Position numbers and translations under genes: made by a program | The notes under the pieces: generated by a model | What the model was told of the DNA's origin: nothing | The model's database searches: none | Seen by the model: only the letters and a program-made list of their open reading frames with translations | Assembly (NCBI RefSeq): GCF_001194135.2 | Contig: NC_068988.1 | Span: 507,202-552,295, forward strand | DNA: 45,094 nt | Reading direction: 5' to 3' | From: Octopus bimaculoides | Lineage: Eukaryota | Shown here: positions 24,451-37,069 of the stretch, one piece after another | Layout: each line of letters begins with the position of its first letter | Position numbering within the stretch: position 1 is the stretch's first letter

Positions 24451-25274
24451 AAAGTAAAAGAAAGAAATCAAGTTAGAATTCGCGTACTTTTCTGCAGATT
24501 TACCATTTCTCAACAAATCAACACTTTATTGTGATATTTATTTCTGCTACAAATTAATTAATTCTCCATTCAAAAATTGTAGTCCTCGTTCAAGAATATC
24601 TTCATGCTTTAGCAATTTTTCATGGCAAACTAATTCCTTTGAGAGAAATTCAAGCATCGACAGACCGACATGGATAAAGTTCGAGAAAATAATTTTTCAA
24701 ATTGAAAATTGTGTTGTTTTATTCTTTACATAAGAATNNNNNNNNNNNNNNNNNNNNNNNNNNNNNNNNNNNNNNNNNNNNNNNNNNNNNNNNNNNNNNN
24801 NNNNNNNNNNNNNNNNNNNNNNNNNNNNNNNNNNNNNNNNNNNNNNNNNNNNNNNNNNNNNNNNNNNNNNNNNNNNNNNNNNNNNNNNNNNNNNNNNNNN
24901 NNNNNNNNNNNNNNNNNNNNNNNNNNNNNNNNNNNNNNNNNNNNNNNNNNNNNNNNNNNNNNNNNNNNNNNNNNNNNNNNNNNNNNNNNNNNNNNNNNNN
25001 NNNNNNNNNNNNNNNNNNNNNNNNNNNNNNNNNNNNNNNNNNNNNNNNNNNNNNNNNNNNNNNNNNNNNNNNNNNNNNNNNNNNNNNNNNNNNNNNNNNN
25101 NNNNNNNNNNNNNNNNNNNNNNNNNNNNNNNNNNNNNNNNNNNNNNNNNNNNNNNNNNNNNNNNNNNNNNNNNNNNNNNNNNNNNNNNNNNNNNNNNNNN
25201 NNNNNNNNNNNNNNNNNNNNNNNNNNNNATATATATATAGATAGATATATAGATAGATAAATAGGTATATATAT

Positions 25275-25520
25275 CAAGGTGCAGGCGTGGCTGTGTGGTC
25301 AGAAGTTTGCTTGCCAACTACATGGTTCCAGGTTCAATCCCACTGCGTGACTCCATAGGCGCAAAAGGGCATATACTGGAAGACTACCTGGAAAAGGGGT
25401 GTATGATCAACAGTGCAAGATACAGTACTAGATTTTAAATAAGTTCTGGGTCGACTTGTTCGACAAAACCCTTCAAGCCGGTGCCCAAGTTTGGCCATAG
25501 TCCAAATGTTGCAATAAATA
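25275..25520 (+). mobile_element. SINE family B, degenerate/deleted
   Basis: Head aggtgcaggcgtggctgtgtggtcagaag...ggttcaatcccactgcgtg and tail ggtcgacttgttcgac...ttggccatagtccaaatg. Confidence 0.7.
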
Positions 25521-26269
25521 AAAGATTATCATTACGTGGGTGTACTTTTTAGGCAGCTTGTGATCATGGGATGAAATTTAAGGAATTTCGTGATGGAATA
25601 CAGTAAAAGTGAACTTAATGCTGCATGTATATTTAAAGTAGCTCTCGTGAAACTATCATGATGCAATTATTATTATCTAAGCATTAAGATCTGAAATTCG
25701 AAATATACAGAAAATACAGAAAAATATCGAAATACTAAAAGCGAGGAAACTGTACATATGAAGGTAAACAGAACTCTTCTCAGTGGAAACATGCAACGTT
25801 AAAACTGCTGATAATAGCTTAATTAGGTGTAGGTTAAGGAAAACACACGAAGCTCGTAGCCGCATCTTTTGGTATTTGCATGCTTTCATGTCGGTACTTA
25901 CCGTAATATTTTAGCGACCCCGAAAGATAAAATCTGCTTCAGCATGGTTTGAATTCATAACTGAAAGCGGCAGATAAATGTAACGGGAATCTAGACGACA
26001 GGAGTAAGATATTCCAACCCTTCCGTATTCTTATCCAGTGATAAAACACTATCTCACCGAAGATCCAGATTCTTGCAGGAAGACTCCAGTTGTTAATATA
26101 CAGGCCATGTTTAGACACTGTACTCTTAGATAGATGTTGCCTCATTAACTCAAAATATCTAGTTTTGTGATAAAGTAATTTTATTATCATGACCATTGCA
26201 ATTGCAGATATAGCTGATACTATCATTTTAAATTCTTCTAAATTATAAATTCTTCCTGATATAATAAAA

Positions 26270-26655
26270 GCAGTCGGGTGGCAAGATCGTTAGCACACCG
26301 GGCGAAATGCTTAGCGGTATTTCGTCTGCCGCTACGTTCTGAGTTCAAATTCCGCCGAAGTCGACTTAGCCTTTCATCCTTTCGGGGTCGATTAAATAAG
26401 TACCAGTTACGCTCTGGGGTCGATGTAATCGACTTAATCTCTTGTTTGTCCCCTCTATGTTTAGCCCCTTGTGGGCAATAAAGAAGTAAGATCGTTAGCA
26501 CGCCGGGCGAAAAGTTTGGCGGTATTTTGGCAAAGTCGACTTTGCCTTTCATCCTTTCGAGATCGGTTAAGTAAGTAGCAGTTACGCACTAGGGTCGATG
26601 TAAACGATTTAATCCCTTGTCCCCTCTGTTTAGCCACCTGTGGGCAATAAAGAAA
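26270..26655 (+). mobile_element. Two head-to-tail SINE family A copies (well-preserved subfamily with a gggcaataaagaa tail)
   Basis: Both copies start gatcgttagcac(a/g)ccgggcgaaa and end tgtgggcaataaagaa. The second copy is internally deleted. Confidence 0.9.
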
Positions 26656-26659
26656 TAAA

Positions 26660-26950
26660 TATAGGTGCAGGCGTGGTAAGAAGCTTGCTTCCCAACCACA
26701 TGGTTCCGAGTTCAGTTACACTGTGTGGCACTTTGAGTGTCTTCTACTATGACCCTGGGCCGACCAAAGCCTTGCGAGTGGATTTGGTGGACGGATACTA
26801 AAAGAAACCCGTCGTATATACGTGCGTGTCCCACCACCACTTGATAGCCGGTGTTGGTGTGTTTACGTCCCCCTAGCTTAGCGGTTCAACTAAAGAGATT
26901 AATAGAATAAGTACCATGCTTAAAGTATTGGGATTGATTCATCCGACTAA
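26660..26950 (+). mobile_element. SINE family B
   Basis: aggtgcaggcgtggtaagaagcttgcttcccaaccacatggttccgagttcag...gccgaccaaagccttgcgagtggatttgg...tttacgtcccc. Confidence 0.85.
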
Positions 26951-27879
26951 ATATTCTTACAGGAGCCTCAACGCAGTCATTCTACATGCTAGAAGTAGCA
27001 GATAAATACCCTCAAATCACACAACACCATCTTAAATAAAGTAGGAAACATTGGCCCCTCAGAAAAGCCCGATCTATTACCCTCCGTCAACACCTTTCAA
27101 CGTGTCACCCGCTTCTTTTCCAAGACAAATCTTCCGGTTAATTATAAGTCCTTTTTATACCAATAGCTCCCCCCCCCCCTGAACTGCTGCTCACTGGAAC
27201 TCCTTACCACCATCTTGCTTTCCTCTGGTCTATAATATTCATTCTCTTAAGATTTATATTAATCGACACCTATTGACTTTCTAGGCTTCTTCTTTTCCTA
27301 CTTCGCAGTCCTTTGCGCCACAATGGCCTGGAGCCATTGGGATAAAATCGTACTAAAAAGTAAAACCAAATCGGATCCGGGGATAACAAATGCATTAATA
27401 AAATCAAATCAGAAATTAGAACAGTAGGAGGGCCATCTGTCGCCATGTCTTATTTTCCAGATGTTTTAATGTTTTCACCAACTGCGTGTTCCATATAGGA
27501 GACTGGATTCCTTCTGGACATTTTAACACCCATAATCTATTAGATTACGTACTTAGCATTAAATATTTTTTTGCAAGTATTAAAAGTAAACTGAAAAATA
27601 AACAAACTGTACATTGAAATAGCACGGGGTGGGTGGTTACCAGTGATATGTTTGTTTGTTGTTGTAATACGGCGAGGTACATCCGGTTGAATGAATTAGA
27701 GGTAAAGTATGTTTATTCAGCAAGAAATATATACTTGTTGCTGATAAATGATCTTTAGCTTGACAGCTTCTGTTGATAAGTCTGTCAATGGGAATGTCCT
27801 AGCCATTCATATTTCACTGTTTGCTTATGCATAGATATGCGCGCGCGCTCCTGTGTGTAGACATAGATATATGTATGTA

Positions 27880-28075
27880 TGTATCTCTTTTACTCTTTTA
27901 CTTGTTTCAGTCATTTGACTGCGGCCATGCTGGAGCACCGCCTTTAGTCGAGCAAATCGACCCCAGGACTTATTCTTTGGAAGCCTAGTACTTATTCTAT
28001 CGGTCTCTTTTGCCGAACCGCTAAGTTACGGGGGACGTAAACACATCGCCATCAGTTATCAAGCGATGTTGGGGG
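27880..28075 (-). mobile_element. SINE family B, 3' half
   Basis: cagtcatttgactgcggccatgctggagcaccgcctttagtcgagcaaatcgaccccagg...gccgaaccgctaagttacgggg. Confidence 0.88.
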
Positions 28076-28118
28076 GGGGGGACAACCACAGACGCACAAA
28101 TATATACACTCACATTCA

Positions 28119-28166
<48 letters not shown>

Positions 28167-30291
28167 TGTGAGTATATGTATACATATACGTGCATGTGTG
28201 TGTGTGTGTGTGTGTTTATGTTGCATGTGTATATGTGTGCGCATCTTCCACATAAATACATTCACAATATGGCTCCTCAGATGCGCTACGAACATGTGAC
28301 TCTTCTCTCATAACTTACCTGAAACATTTAGGCTTTGAAAGAGAGTTTATTAACACAAAGACAGAAACGGGTATCGGATACCCGATGACCCACATTCTGC
28401 ATTAAACTACTGTTACAAAAGTTCAAACGCCTAATAACACTGTTTAAGACGATTTTTGCTCTTGGATAGCATCTGTTATTTCCCATTTCCTTACCCCGAG
28501 AAAGTATGAAAATGGCTAATATTTCCTTCAAAGCCAACGCATGGCTACGATGTCACCCCGCTACTCATGCTCACCATTAGAGATCCAAATATTGTCAGCC
28601 ACCAAGGGGCATCCTCAAGTGCTTAAAGTCAAGCAACTGATAAGCAAATCTGTGGTATTGAGCAGAATATTCGCTGCAACGATATTCCCGCTTCGGCAAT
28701 TCAGCACTTAATTTGTTTGGAATCTAAAGGAAAATAGGTCAGTTTAGTTTCATAACATTGATGTCCAGGTCACAAGAGCAAAGTTTGAAAGGAATAATAG
28801 TCATTTTTTTTTAATTTCAAAATAGAAGCAAATAGGAAATAACACTTAATGACCAAAAACCAAAACGAATTTTGTTACACAGTGAGATCGATGAAATTAA
28901 TAAATGTAATACGGGAAAGGGAAAATAGCATAGCACCGCAGAAATCTCTCTTTGAGCCAAGTGAAGAACATAGATTCGGTTAACGGCCTGAATCATTTCG
29001 ATTTTCTGGGAAAAGCGGGAACATCATTACTACAACTTATCCCAACTCGGAAAGCGGTCATGTTAAAAACACTGGCTAATGAGTTGTAGAATTTATATAG
29101 CCATAAAGAATGATGTAAATATATGCATGTACAGTAATATCTAACACTTTTGTATATCGAATATCGAAATTGTCCTTCACAGCACAGTCAGATCGATAGT
29201 TCTGATACAGTAGAAGAGCAATCAGTAAATTTTCTGGCATCCGTTAATGCTTGGTGAAGCTGGAATTAATTAAGCAAGAGTCGCCTGAAACAGTGCAGTG
29301 TTGATTGAAATAATTGCATGTACCCTGATATCTAACACGTCCCTGTACATTCGTACGTAGGAAGACCTTTTGCTGCAAAAATAACAACAGGAGAAATTTC
29401 TCCGCACAGACCACATGTCTGAAAACATTTTGTGCTATGGATAACGTGATCGGGTCGTGAGACGCATGCGTTTCTGTGTTGTTATACCCCAACAACCACT
29501 AATATCGGATTCGTCCTTCACAGCCCCATCGGAACGTCAGTTCTCTTGAACGACAAACAGTAAATTTTATAGCATGCAAATGCCTTGATCAAGCTGGATT
29601 TAATTAAATGAAGCAACGTTGGATAAAATCTATGCATGTGGAATGATACATAAATAAAATATAAAACAAAGGTTTTGTAAGAACGATAGTCAGCTATAAA
29701 GGAAAATACTGACAGGACTTTGAAACTGATGTTTCACTTAAATGAAAATTAAGTTTGTTGTTATTGCTGTATAGCAACAAGCATATCCAAACTGAGCAGA
29801 ATTATGATCAAAGTTGCTCTAGCCGTGACCATCCCATCTTTTCTATTAGGACTGCTTAATACACGATTACATCATCCATTATTTTCTATTGCTTTTTTTT
29901 TTTAAATGGTCGAGCATAGCTTGATGGATAGTTAACTGCTAGTTGAGGAAGTCTAGCGATACAGTAGAAGCTCCGGCGTTGGCGAAAATAATCGTTTATT
30001 CTGTAGGCATTAAAACTATTTGGTAACGTTTGGGGAAACAGGAAGTCATTGTCTTTCTCAAGAGTTTTAGTTTCGTTATCCAACTAAGATTACTTTAGCA
30101 GATATCTTGACTGGGCCACAGACTTGGGGCGCTGACAGTAAAACTTACTGTTTTATGCCAATCCAAGCTCAAACCGGTCACATGTCAGCATAACTCTTAT
30201 CTTATTCTCATCTTCTATGGGTATTTACACACGTATGTACACATACAAACATTCATAAATATATACATTTACACATATACACATAGACAAA

Positions 30292-30343
<52 letters not shown>

Positions 30344-30553
30344 TATACATATATATATATATACANNNNNNNNNNNNNNNNNNNNNNNNNNNNNNNNNNN
30401 NNNNNNNNNNNNNNNNNNNNNNNNNNNNNNNNNNNNNNNNNNNNNNNNNNNNNNNNNNNNNNNNNNNNNNNNNNNNNNNNNNNNNNNNNNNNNNNNNNNN
30501 NNNNNNNNNNNNNNNNNNNNNNNNNNNNNNNNNNNNNNNNNNNNNNNNNNNNN

Positions 30554-30599
<46 letters not shown>

Positions 30600-30819
30600 A
30601 CACACACATTCACACATACAGACACATGCATACGTTCACTCACATGTATACACACACATACACCCACTCACAGCCATACACTAAAAAATACGTAATACTC
30701 GAGCCAACGTGGAAACCTCTGAGTGGCAACTCGAGCTTCTGTACGTTCAGTCTCGTACGTTCAGAATGCAATTTCCCCATTTGTGACCTTTTCTTATACT
30801 TATGCCGCACCTAGAACCA

Positions 30820-31035
30820 ACCATGAGTGGGAAATGTTTGTGTGTCTGTGTCTGTCCCCCTCAACATCGCTTGACAACCGATGCTGATGTGTTTACGTCC
30901 CCATAACTTAGCAGTTCGGCAAAGGAACCAATAGAATAAGTACTAGGCTTCCAAAGAATAAATTCCGGGGTCGATTTGCTCGACTAAAGGTGGCGCTCCA
31001 GCTTGGCCGCAGTCAAATACCTGAAACTAGTAAAA

Positions 31036-31040
<5 letters not shown>
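30820..31040 (+). mobile_element. SINE family B, 3' half
   Basis: catcgcttgacaaccgatgctgatgtgtttacgtcc...ggggtcgatttgctcgactaaagg...ggccgcagtcaaat. Confidence 0.85.

Positions 31041-31118
<78 letters not shown>
31039..31118 (+). repeat. (TA)n microsatellite
   Basis: Read directly from the sequence. Confidence 0.95.
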
Positions 31119-31129
<11 letters not shown>

Positions 31130-31444
31130 ATTTATATATATATACACATACATACATGCGCTCGTACATATACAGATGCACGCAGTCACATATTCAAATA
31201 CATACACACTCACATATACACACTCACATATACACACTCACATGCACAGAGACGTGCACCTACTAAAAAAAATAACAAAAACGCGATACTGTAGACAACA
31301 TGGGAAACTCTGAGCAGCAAATTGATTTGCTAGAAATAAAAGATACCCAAAATGACTTCGCTGAGGCGGCATATTGTTGTAAAAAATATATAAAGAGCCA
31401 TGCGTAGGAAAGAATGCCTTGGGTTAAATAAACAATGCCCTGTC

Positions 31445-31560
31445 GTTGTGCAAAGGCACGTGGCTTAGCGGTTAGAGTATTCGGCTCACCGTTGTCAGCT
31501 GGGGAGTTCGATTCGCGGCGGCGTATTGTGTCCTTCGGCAAGACGCTTTATTTCACGTTA
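31445..31560 (+). mobile_element. SINE family C head
   Basis: ggcacgtggcttagcggttagagtattcggctcac...gttcgattcgcggcggcgtattgtgtccttcggcaagacgctttatttcacg. Confidence 0.7.
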
Positions 31561-32260
31561 TTCGGATATAGTTTTTTGGACGGGATATAAAAATCATGCG
31601 CAACCACAGATGTTAGCTACCTGCAGATGTCATCGTTTCTGCCAAAGTCCGTGAGAAGAAGAACATTTTGGGACAGTAACTTCGAAACTTCCAGCTTCTC
31701 TATCCAGGTTATAAATTTACATTTATATATAACTATTTGAGCACTTAACTACAGTAATATTGATTTCAAATTTTGGCACAAAGCCAGCAATTGCAGGGGA
31801 GGGAGCATGTTGCTTATTACGCCTATATTCTCCAGCTGGTGTCCCGTCCAGGTGGGGAATACACGCACTACAGAAACCGGGAAACCGGCTCTATGAGTCT
31901 ACATGATTCGGGAAGGATCTTTATCCCCATTTTTTAGCTACGTTAATAAATGTTTAAGTAACAATATTAGATTGTTTAACTCACAATTTTGAAAAGCTAA
32001 AGCTTTTAAACATCGAATGCGTCCAGTTAACGCGAACTTTAAGAATATAATTTGTAAACGGAACCATAAAAACTTTCAATATTTTTCTAAATTTCAGATT
32101 ATAGCATTGCTTTTAGAGTCGAAATTCTAGCGAAAGAGCTTTCTTTCTTTGTTCGAAAGTAGCTCCTTCATTGCAGAAAGAATTTAAAAACAAAAAAAAA
32201 AACCTAAAAAGAAAGGAAAAATACAAGCATACGTATACATATGTGGCACACGGTGTGTAT

Positions 32261-32310
32261 AAACTTATATATACTTATATATACTTATATATACTTATAT
32301 AAACTTATAT
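32261..32310 (+). repeat. 10-bp tandem repeat (a[a/t]acttatat)x5
   Basis: Read directly from the sequence. Confidence 0.9.
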
Positions 32311-32646
32311 ATTATACAAAATTATACAACTTCTAACATTGCTTCTGCTAATCTTCCTAATGGTGAATTCCATCAAACAAAATGTAATCTGTACATGAAA
32401 AGGAGACTTGTCGTTTCAAGAGAAGAGACATCTAGAATTTACCACAGAACAAAAACTATGAATATCATATATACATTAAAATTATGTTGTTAGAGCCATC
32501 TGCAGAGCATTATACAACAGATTATTCTGCTTGAAAATATAAATCACTGTGTCGGTTTATATTTTACAACAGGAAGTTTGTTTGATATCTGATGCTAGTG
32601 TCTTACACCCCGAAGAAAGAATATATGCTGGTAAACCCCCATATAT

Positions 32647-32706
32647 CTAATAAGGGGAATTCCAAGAGGCATTATTATATCTCCCAGACTATTTGTCTGT
32701 CTCGTT
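32647..32706 (+). mobile_element. Small degraded non-LTR reverse-transcriptase fragment
   Basis: LIRGIPRGIIISPRLFVCLV resembles the RT motif IxRGIxQGxxxSPxLF. Confidence 0.35.
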
Positions 32707-32710
32707 GTTT

Positions 32711-32753
<43 letters not shown>

Positions 32754-33399
32754 ATAACAGAAAGGGTGGAATTTCGATTATCCCTACGTGCTGAGTTGTA
32801 ATATATATAAGAAAATAAAGAAGGAAAGTCTACACACCTTATATAGTTTTAATATAATTTTTTAATATATTTTATATTACATTTGTCGACCGGTTTCGCT
32901 TTCGCTAATCATGACATTGAAATTTATTTAAATACGTATTTTCTTAAGAACTTTTTTTTGTGCATGTGTGTGGAGTTTATGAATGAATGATTCAACAAGT
33001 AAAAAAATCTAAAGGGAGGTAATTGGTTATCGTTATTATTGTTGACAGGGGAGATAATTGTTCATCCTTTGGTGTGGGGATATATATATACACAAAAATT
33101 CAAAAACTAGAGTAGTGGGGAGAAATATGTACAGTGATGAATATGTAATCGTGAATTCAAATGTGTATAGAAATCAAAGTTGGTTATGCGTGCATATTTA
33201 GACGTGTTCTGTATTTTTCAATGAACGAATCTTCTTTATTTAAACGTTCTTGTATAGAAATTGCTGTAATGTATGTACTGTATGTATGTATGTACTAATG
33301 TATGTAAGTACTGCTGTAATGTATGTAAGTCTTAACACATACGTACGTGTCCGTTTCATAACTCAATATTTTCTAAAACTTATAATAGTAAGAATGATT

Positions 33400-33815
33400 C
33401 TAATTTTGGCACCAGGGTAGCAATTATAGAGGAAGGGGCCAGTGGATTGCATCGATCCCAGTACTCAACAGGCGGATTTTATCGATCCCGTGAGATTGAA
33501 AGACAGTGCATTTCGGCAGAATTTGATTTCAAATCGCGAAAAACCAAAAGAAATATCTATTTCTTTACTGCCCACAAGGTGCTACACACATAGGGGACAA
33601 ACAAGGACAGACAAACGGATTAAGTCGATTATATCGACCCCAGTGCGTAACTGGTACTTAATTTATCGACCCCGAAAGGATGAAAGGCAAAGTCGACCTC
33701 GGCGGAATTTGAACTCAGAACGCAGTGGCAGACGAAATACCGCTAAGCATTTCGCCCGGTGTGCTAACGTTTCTGCCAAGAAATACCGCTGAGCATTTTG
33801 TTCGACGCGTTAACG
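33400..33815 (-). mobile_element. Two adjacent SINE family A copies
   Basis: A degenerate copy at 33400-33540 and a well-preserved copy at 33550-33780, the latter being the reverse complement of the 26270 subfamily. Confidence 0.88.
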
Positions 33816-33859
33816 ATTCTGTCGGTTACGACGATGAGTTGATGCGATCTGTAGAACAA

Positions 33860-34130
33860 CAGCCTGTTCTTGGAATTAATGTACAAGGGATTGAGCACTC
33901 GACGGGTATGCGCAGAATTAACGTAGCTCTCAGGAAGATTCAGCGTGACACAGAATGGGATAAGGCTGGCCCGTTTGAATTGCAGGTACAACTCATTTTT
34001 GCCAGTTGAGTGGACTGAGGCAATGAGAAATAAAGTATCTTGCTCAAGGAGACAACGCGCAGCCGGGAATCGAAAACGTGATCTCAATATCGAGCTTCGA
34101 ATTCCCTAACCACTAAGCCACGGTGCCTTA
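33860..34130 (-). mobile_element. SINE family C
   Basis: gagtggactgaggcaatgagaaataaagtatcttgctcaaggagacaacgcgcagccgggaatcgaa...cctaaccactaagccac. Confidence 0.75.
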
Positions 34131-34139
34131 GCATTCATA

Positions 34140-34353
34140 ATACTCTTTTACTCTTTTATTGGATTCAGTCATTTGACTGCGGCCATGCTAGAGCACCGCC
34201 TCTTTAGTCGAACAAGTCGTCCTCAGGACTTATTTTTTGCAAGTCTGTTACTATTCTATCGGTTTTCTTTTGCCGAACCGCTAAGTTACGGGGACATAAA
34301 CACACCAGCATCGGTTGTCAAGCGACGGTGGGAGGACAAACACAGACACACAA

Positions 34354-34417
<64 letters not shown>

Positions 34418-34561
34418 GACGGGCTTCTTTCAGTTTCCGTCTACGAAATCCACTCACAAGTCTTTGGTCGGCCTGAGGCTATGCTAGAAATCCCAAGGTG
34501 CCACGCAATGGGACTGAACCCGGAAACATGTGGTTGGGAAGCAAGCTTCTTACCACACAGC
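34140..34561 (-). mobile_element. Near full-length SINE family B with an internal (CA)/(TA) microsatellite
   Basis: Head gctgtgtggtaagaagcttgcttcccaaccacatgtttccgggttcagtccc, body, microsatellite at about 34340-34415, 3' body and an AAAGAGT-like tail. Confidence 0.9.
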
Positions 34562-34569
34562 TTCTTTCT

Positions 34570-34995
34570 ATTATTGGCACATGGCTTGCGATATTATGGG
34601 AGGAGACTACATCTACCCCAGTGCTCAACTGGTACATATGTTGTAGATCCCGAAAGGATGAAAAATGAAATCAACCTCGGCGAAATTTGAACTCAGAACC
34701 CAAGGAGCCAAAAGAAACGCGGCGCAGCATTTGTCCGACGCGTTTATGATTCTGCCAACAAGCCGCCTTAGAACTTATAATAACGGTTTCAAATTTCGTC
34801 ACAAGCTCAGCAATTTTAGGAGAGGGTTCTAGTCGATATTATCGATCCCAGTACTCAATTGGTACTTCATTTATCGACCCCGGAATGTTGGGTGGCAAGG
34901 GGGACCTCGGTGTCATCTAAATCCAGAACGTAAAGCCGGAAGAAACGCCACTGAGCATTTTGTTCGTCGCAGTAATGAATCTGCTTCTTCACCGT
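34570..34995 (-). mobile_element. Two head-to-tail SINE family A copies
   Basis: Cores cccgaaaggatgaaaaatgaaatcaacctcggcgaaatttgaactcagaac and tatcgaccccggaatg...gacctcggtgtcatctaaatccagaacg. Confidence 0.8.
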
Positions 34996-35884
34996 CTCAG
35001 AACTTCTGATAATAAGAATACCATTAGAAGTGCAATTCTTCAGGAATTTGCCGAGTTAATATTCTTAACCTGAATAAGGGGAATAAATCTCTTGGGTGGT
35101 TATATGGGCGAAATCAAGAAATTAACATGGGGATGAAACAGTAGTAATTTGCTAAGGTAAGATTCGTGTGCAGAGGGAATTACAAACGTATGCAGCTTCA
35201 AATAAATGAACTGCCGAGAGTGGAAGTTTAAAAATGATATAGAGCATTGGTGCTAAGGGGGAAATGCTAGTCACGTGAGATAGGGCTATATGGAGTTCCA
35301 GAGAGTATAAACTATAAATAGTGAAGAGAAATATGTGAGAGTTTGGATTCAAGGTCAGTACGAAGAACGATTTCTAGGTGATGTTTCTGTAGGTTTAATC
35401 AAGAAATATCTTAGAAGTTTAACTCCCGCGCATGGGAGCAATATACTGAGATATAATGTACCTGCGTGGGTCTTATTGACACCATTACCTCTCATAACCT
35501 ATGCCTATATATATATATATATATATATNNNNNNNNNNNNNNNNNNNNNNNNNNNNNNNNNNNNNNNNNNNNNNNNNNNNNNNNNNNNNNNNNNNNNNNN
35601 NNNNNNNNNNNNNNNNNNNNNNNNNNNNNNNNNNNNNNNNNNNNNNNNNNNNNNNNNNNNNNNNNNNNNNNNNNNNNNNNNNNNNNNNNNNNNNNNNNNN
35701 NNNNNNNNNNNNNNNNNNNNNNNNNNNNNNNNNATATATATATATATATATATATACATATATATGTGTTTAGTTTTATGTATGTATAGATGTATAACTT
35801 AGATAACTTAGATATGTTTGGACCAAAAATTGGTTTAGGTCATGTCTAACTTAATAGCACCACCTGATAGGATTAGCTAAATCC

Positions 35885-36705
35885 ATTTTAAGTCAAGTTT
35901 TGTGGTATCATTTCTCATTCGAGTAGGGAGTTGTTCTTGAGTGAGTTTTTCCCAGGTATAGGTGGCTTATCTGAAGAAATTTGTCCCGATTCCGTTGAAA
36001 GGTGATGGGACCCTTTTCCTCTTTGATCTGTTTTGAGGGCCTGTTGAGGAAAAGAAATTGTGTTGCAGTGTATCTGAGTGCCGTGATCCTGAATTGGGCA
36101 GGGCCCGTGGGTAGGGCCCCTTCGATGAATTTTGAAGCTAATGTTCAGATCATTTGGACAATGCTGGTGGTATATTCTCCACATTGTGTAAATGATGTAT
36201 CGCTCATGGCGGCCCTGAAGAGAATAGAGTTTCAATGCTTTAAGGCAGTCCCAGTAATCGAGATGAGTCATGCTCTTAATTCTTTTAGTGAATACCCTCT
36301 GAGGTAATTCTGTTTTCGAAATGATTTGCTTTGTATAGGGAGACCTCAGAGGGCAGCAGTATTCGAGGTGTGGCCGTACAAAGGTGGAGAAAATAGGAAT
36401 AACACCTGTTATTCTCTGGACCAGAAGGTTCTTAGGATCCAGGAGCTCGTCCTACGGGTTATATCGACCTTATTGTTGAGGTGGGCACTCCAGTGGAGAC
36501 TGTTGGTCTTTATTATTAGATGCTGAGAGTGGTTCCCCAAAAGGAAGAGAGTATGGTTGTTTCAGCATAATCTTTTTCCCAAAATGCATCAGTTCAAATT
36601 TTTCCCTCGTTTAGTCGCATTTTGTTTTTGTCTCCCCATTGACTTAGATCAGCCTGGTGTTCGGTTCGGTCTTCTCCGTCGATAATTTTCTGGAGCTTGG
36701 AGTAT
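35885..36705 (-). mobile_element. 5'-truncated CR1/L2-superclade LINE: RT C-terminus and downstream domain, frameshifted
   Basis: QADLSQWGDKNKMRLN..FELMHFG, NSLHWSAHL...SWILRTF, STFVRPHLEYCCPL, THLDYWDCLKALKLYSLQGRHERYIIY. These are canonical CR1-like VRPHLEY and LYSLxxRRER motifs. Confidence 0.9.
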
Positions 36706-37069
36706 ATAATATTAATGCTACAAAAATTATATGATCGACAGTGACGTTTTTCTAACGAAAGCCAAAACCATTTTATATATATAAAATGTTTGTTTTTATG
36801 TTCAGTTATAATAAAACTATTTTACATGAATCTGATGGGTTACTCTATACTTTTCTATGGTACAAATTTATTATTCTTAAACGAACGTTGCTGACATTGC
36901 AAGTTTCGGCCTGCCAACCTTCGTTGGAAGATGGCGCAGCTGGCCGAAACTTGAAAGTCATTGTTAATAACATGTTTAAGATTAATAAATATGCATACAC
37001 ATATGCATGCATGTATGTATGTATGTATGCATGTGTGTATGTATGTATGTATGTATGCATGTGTGTATG

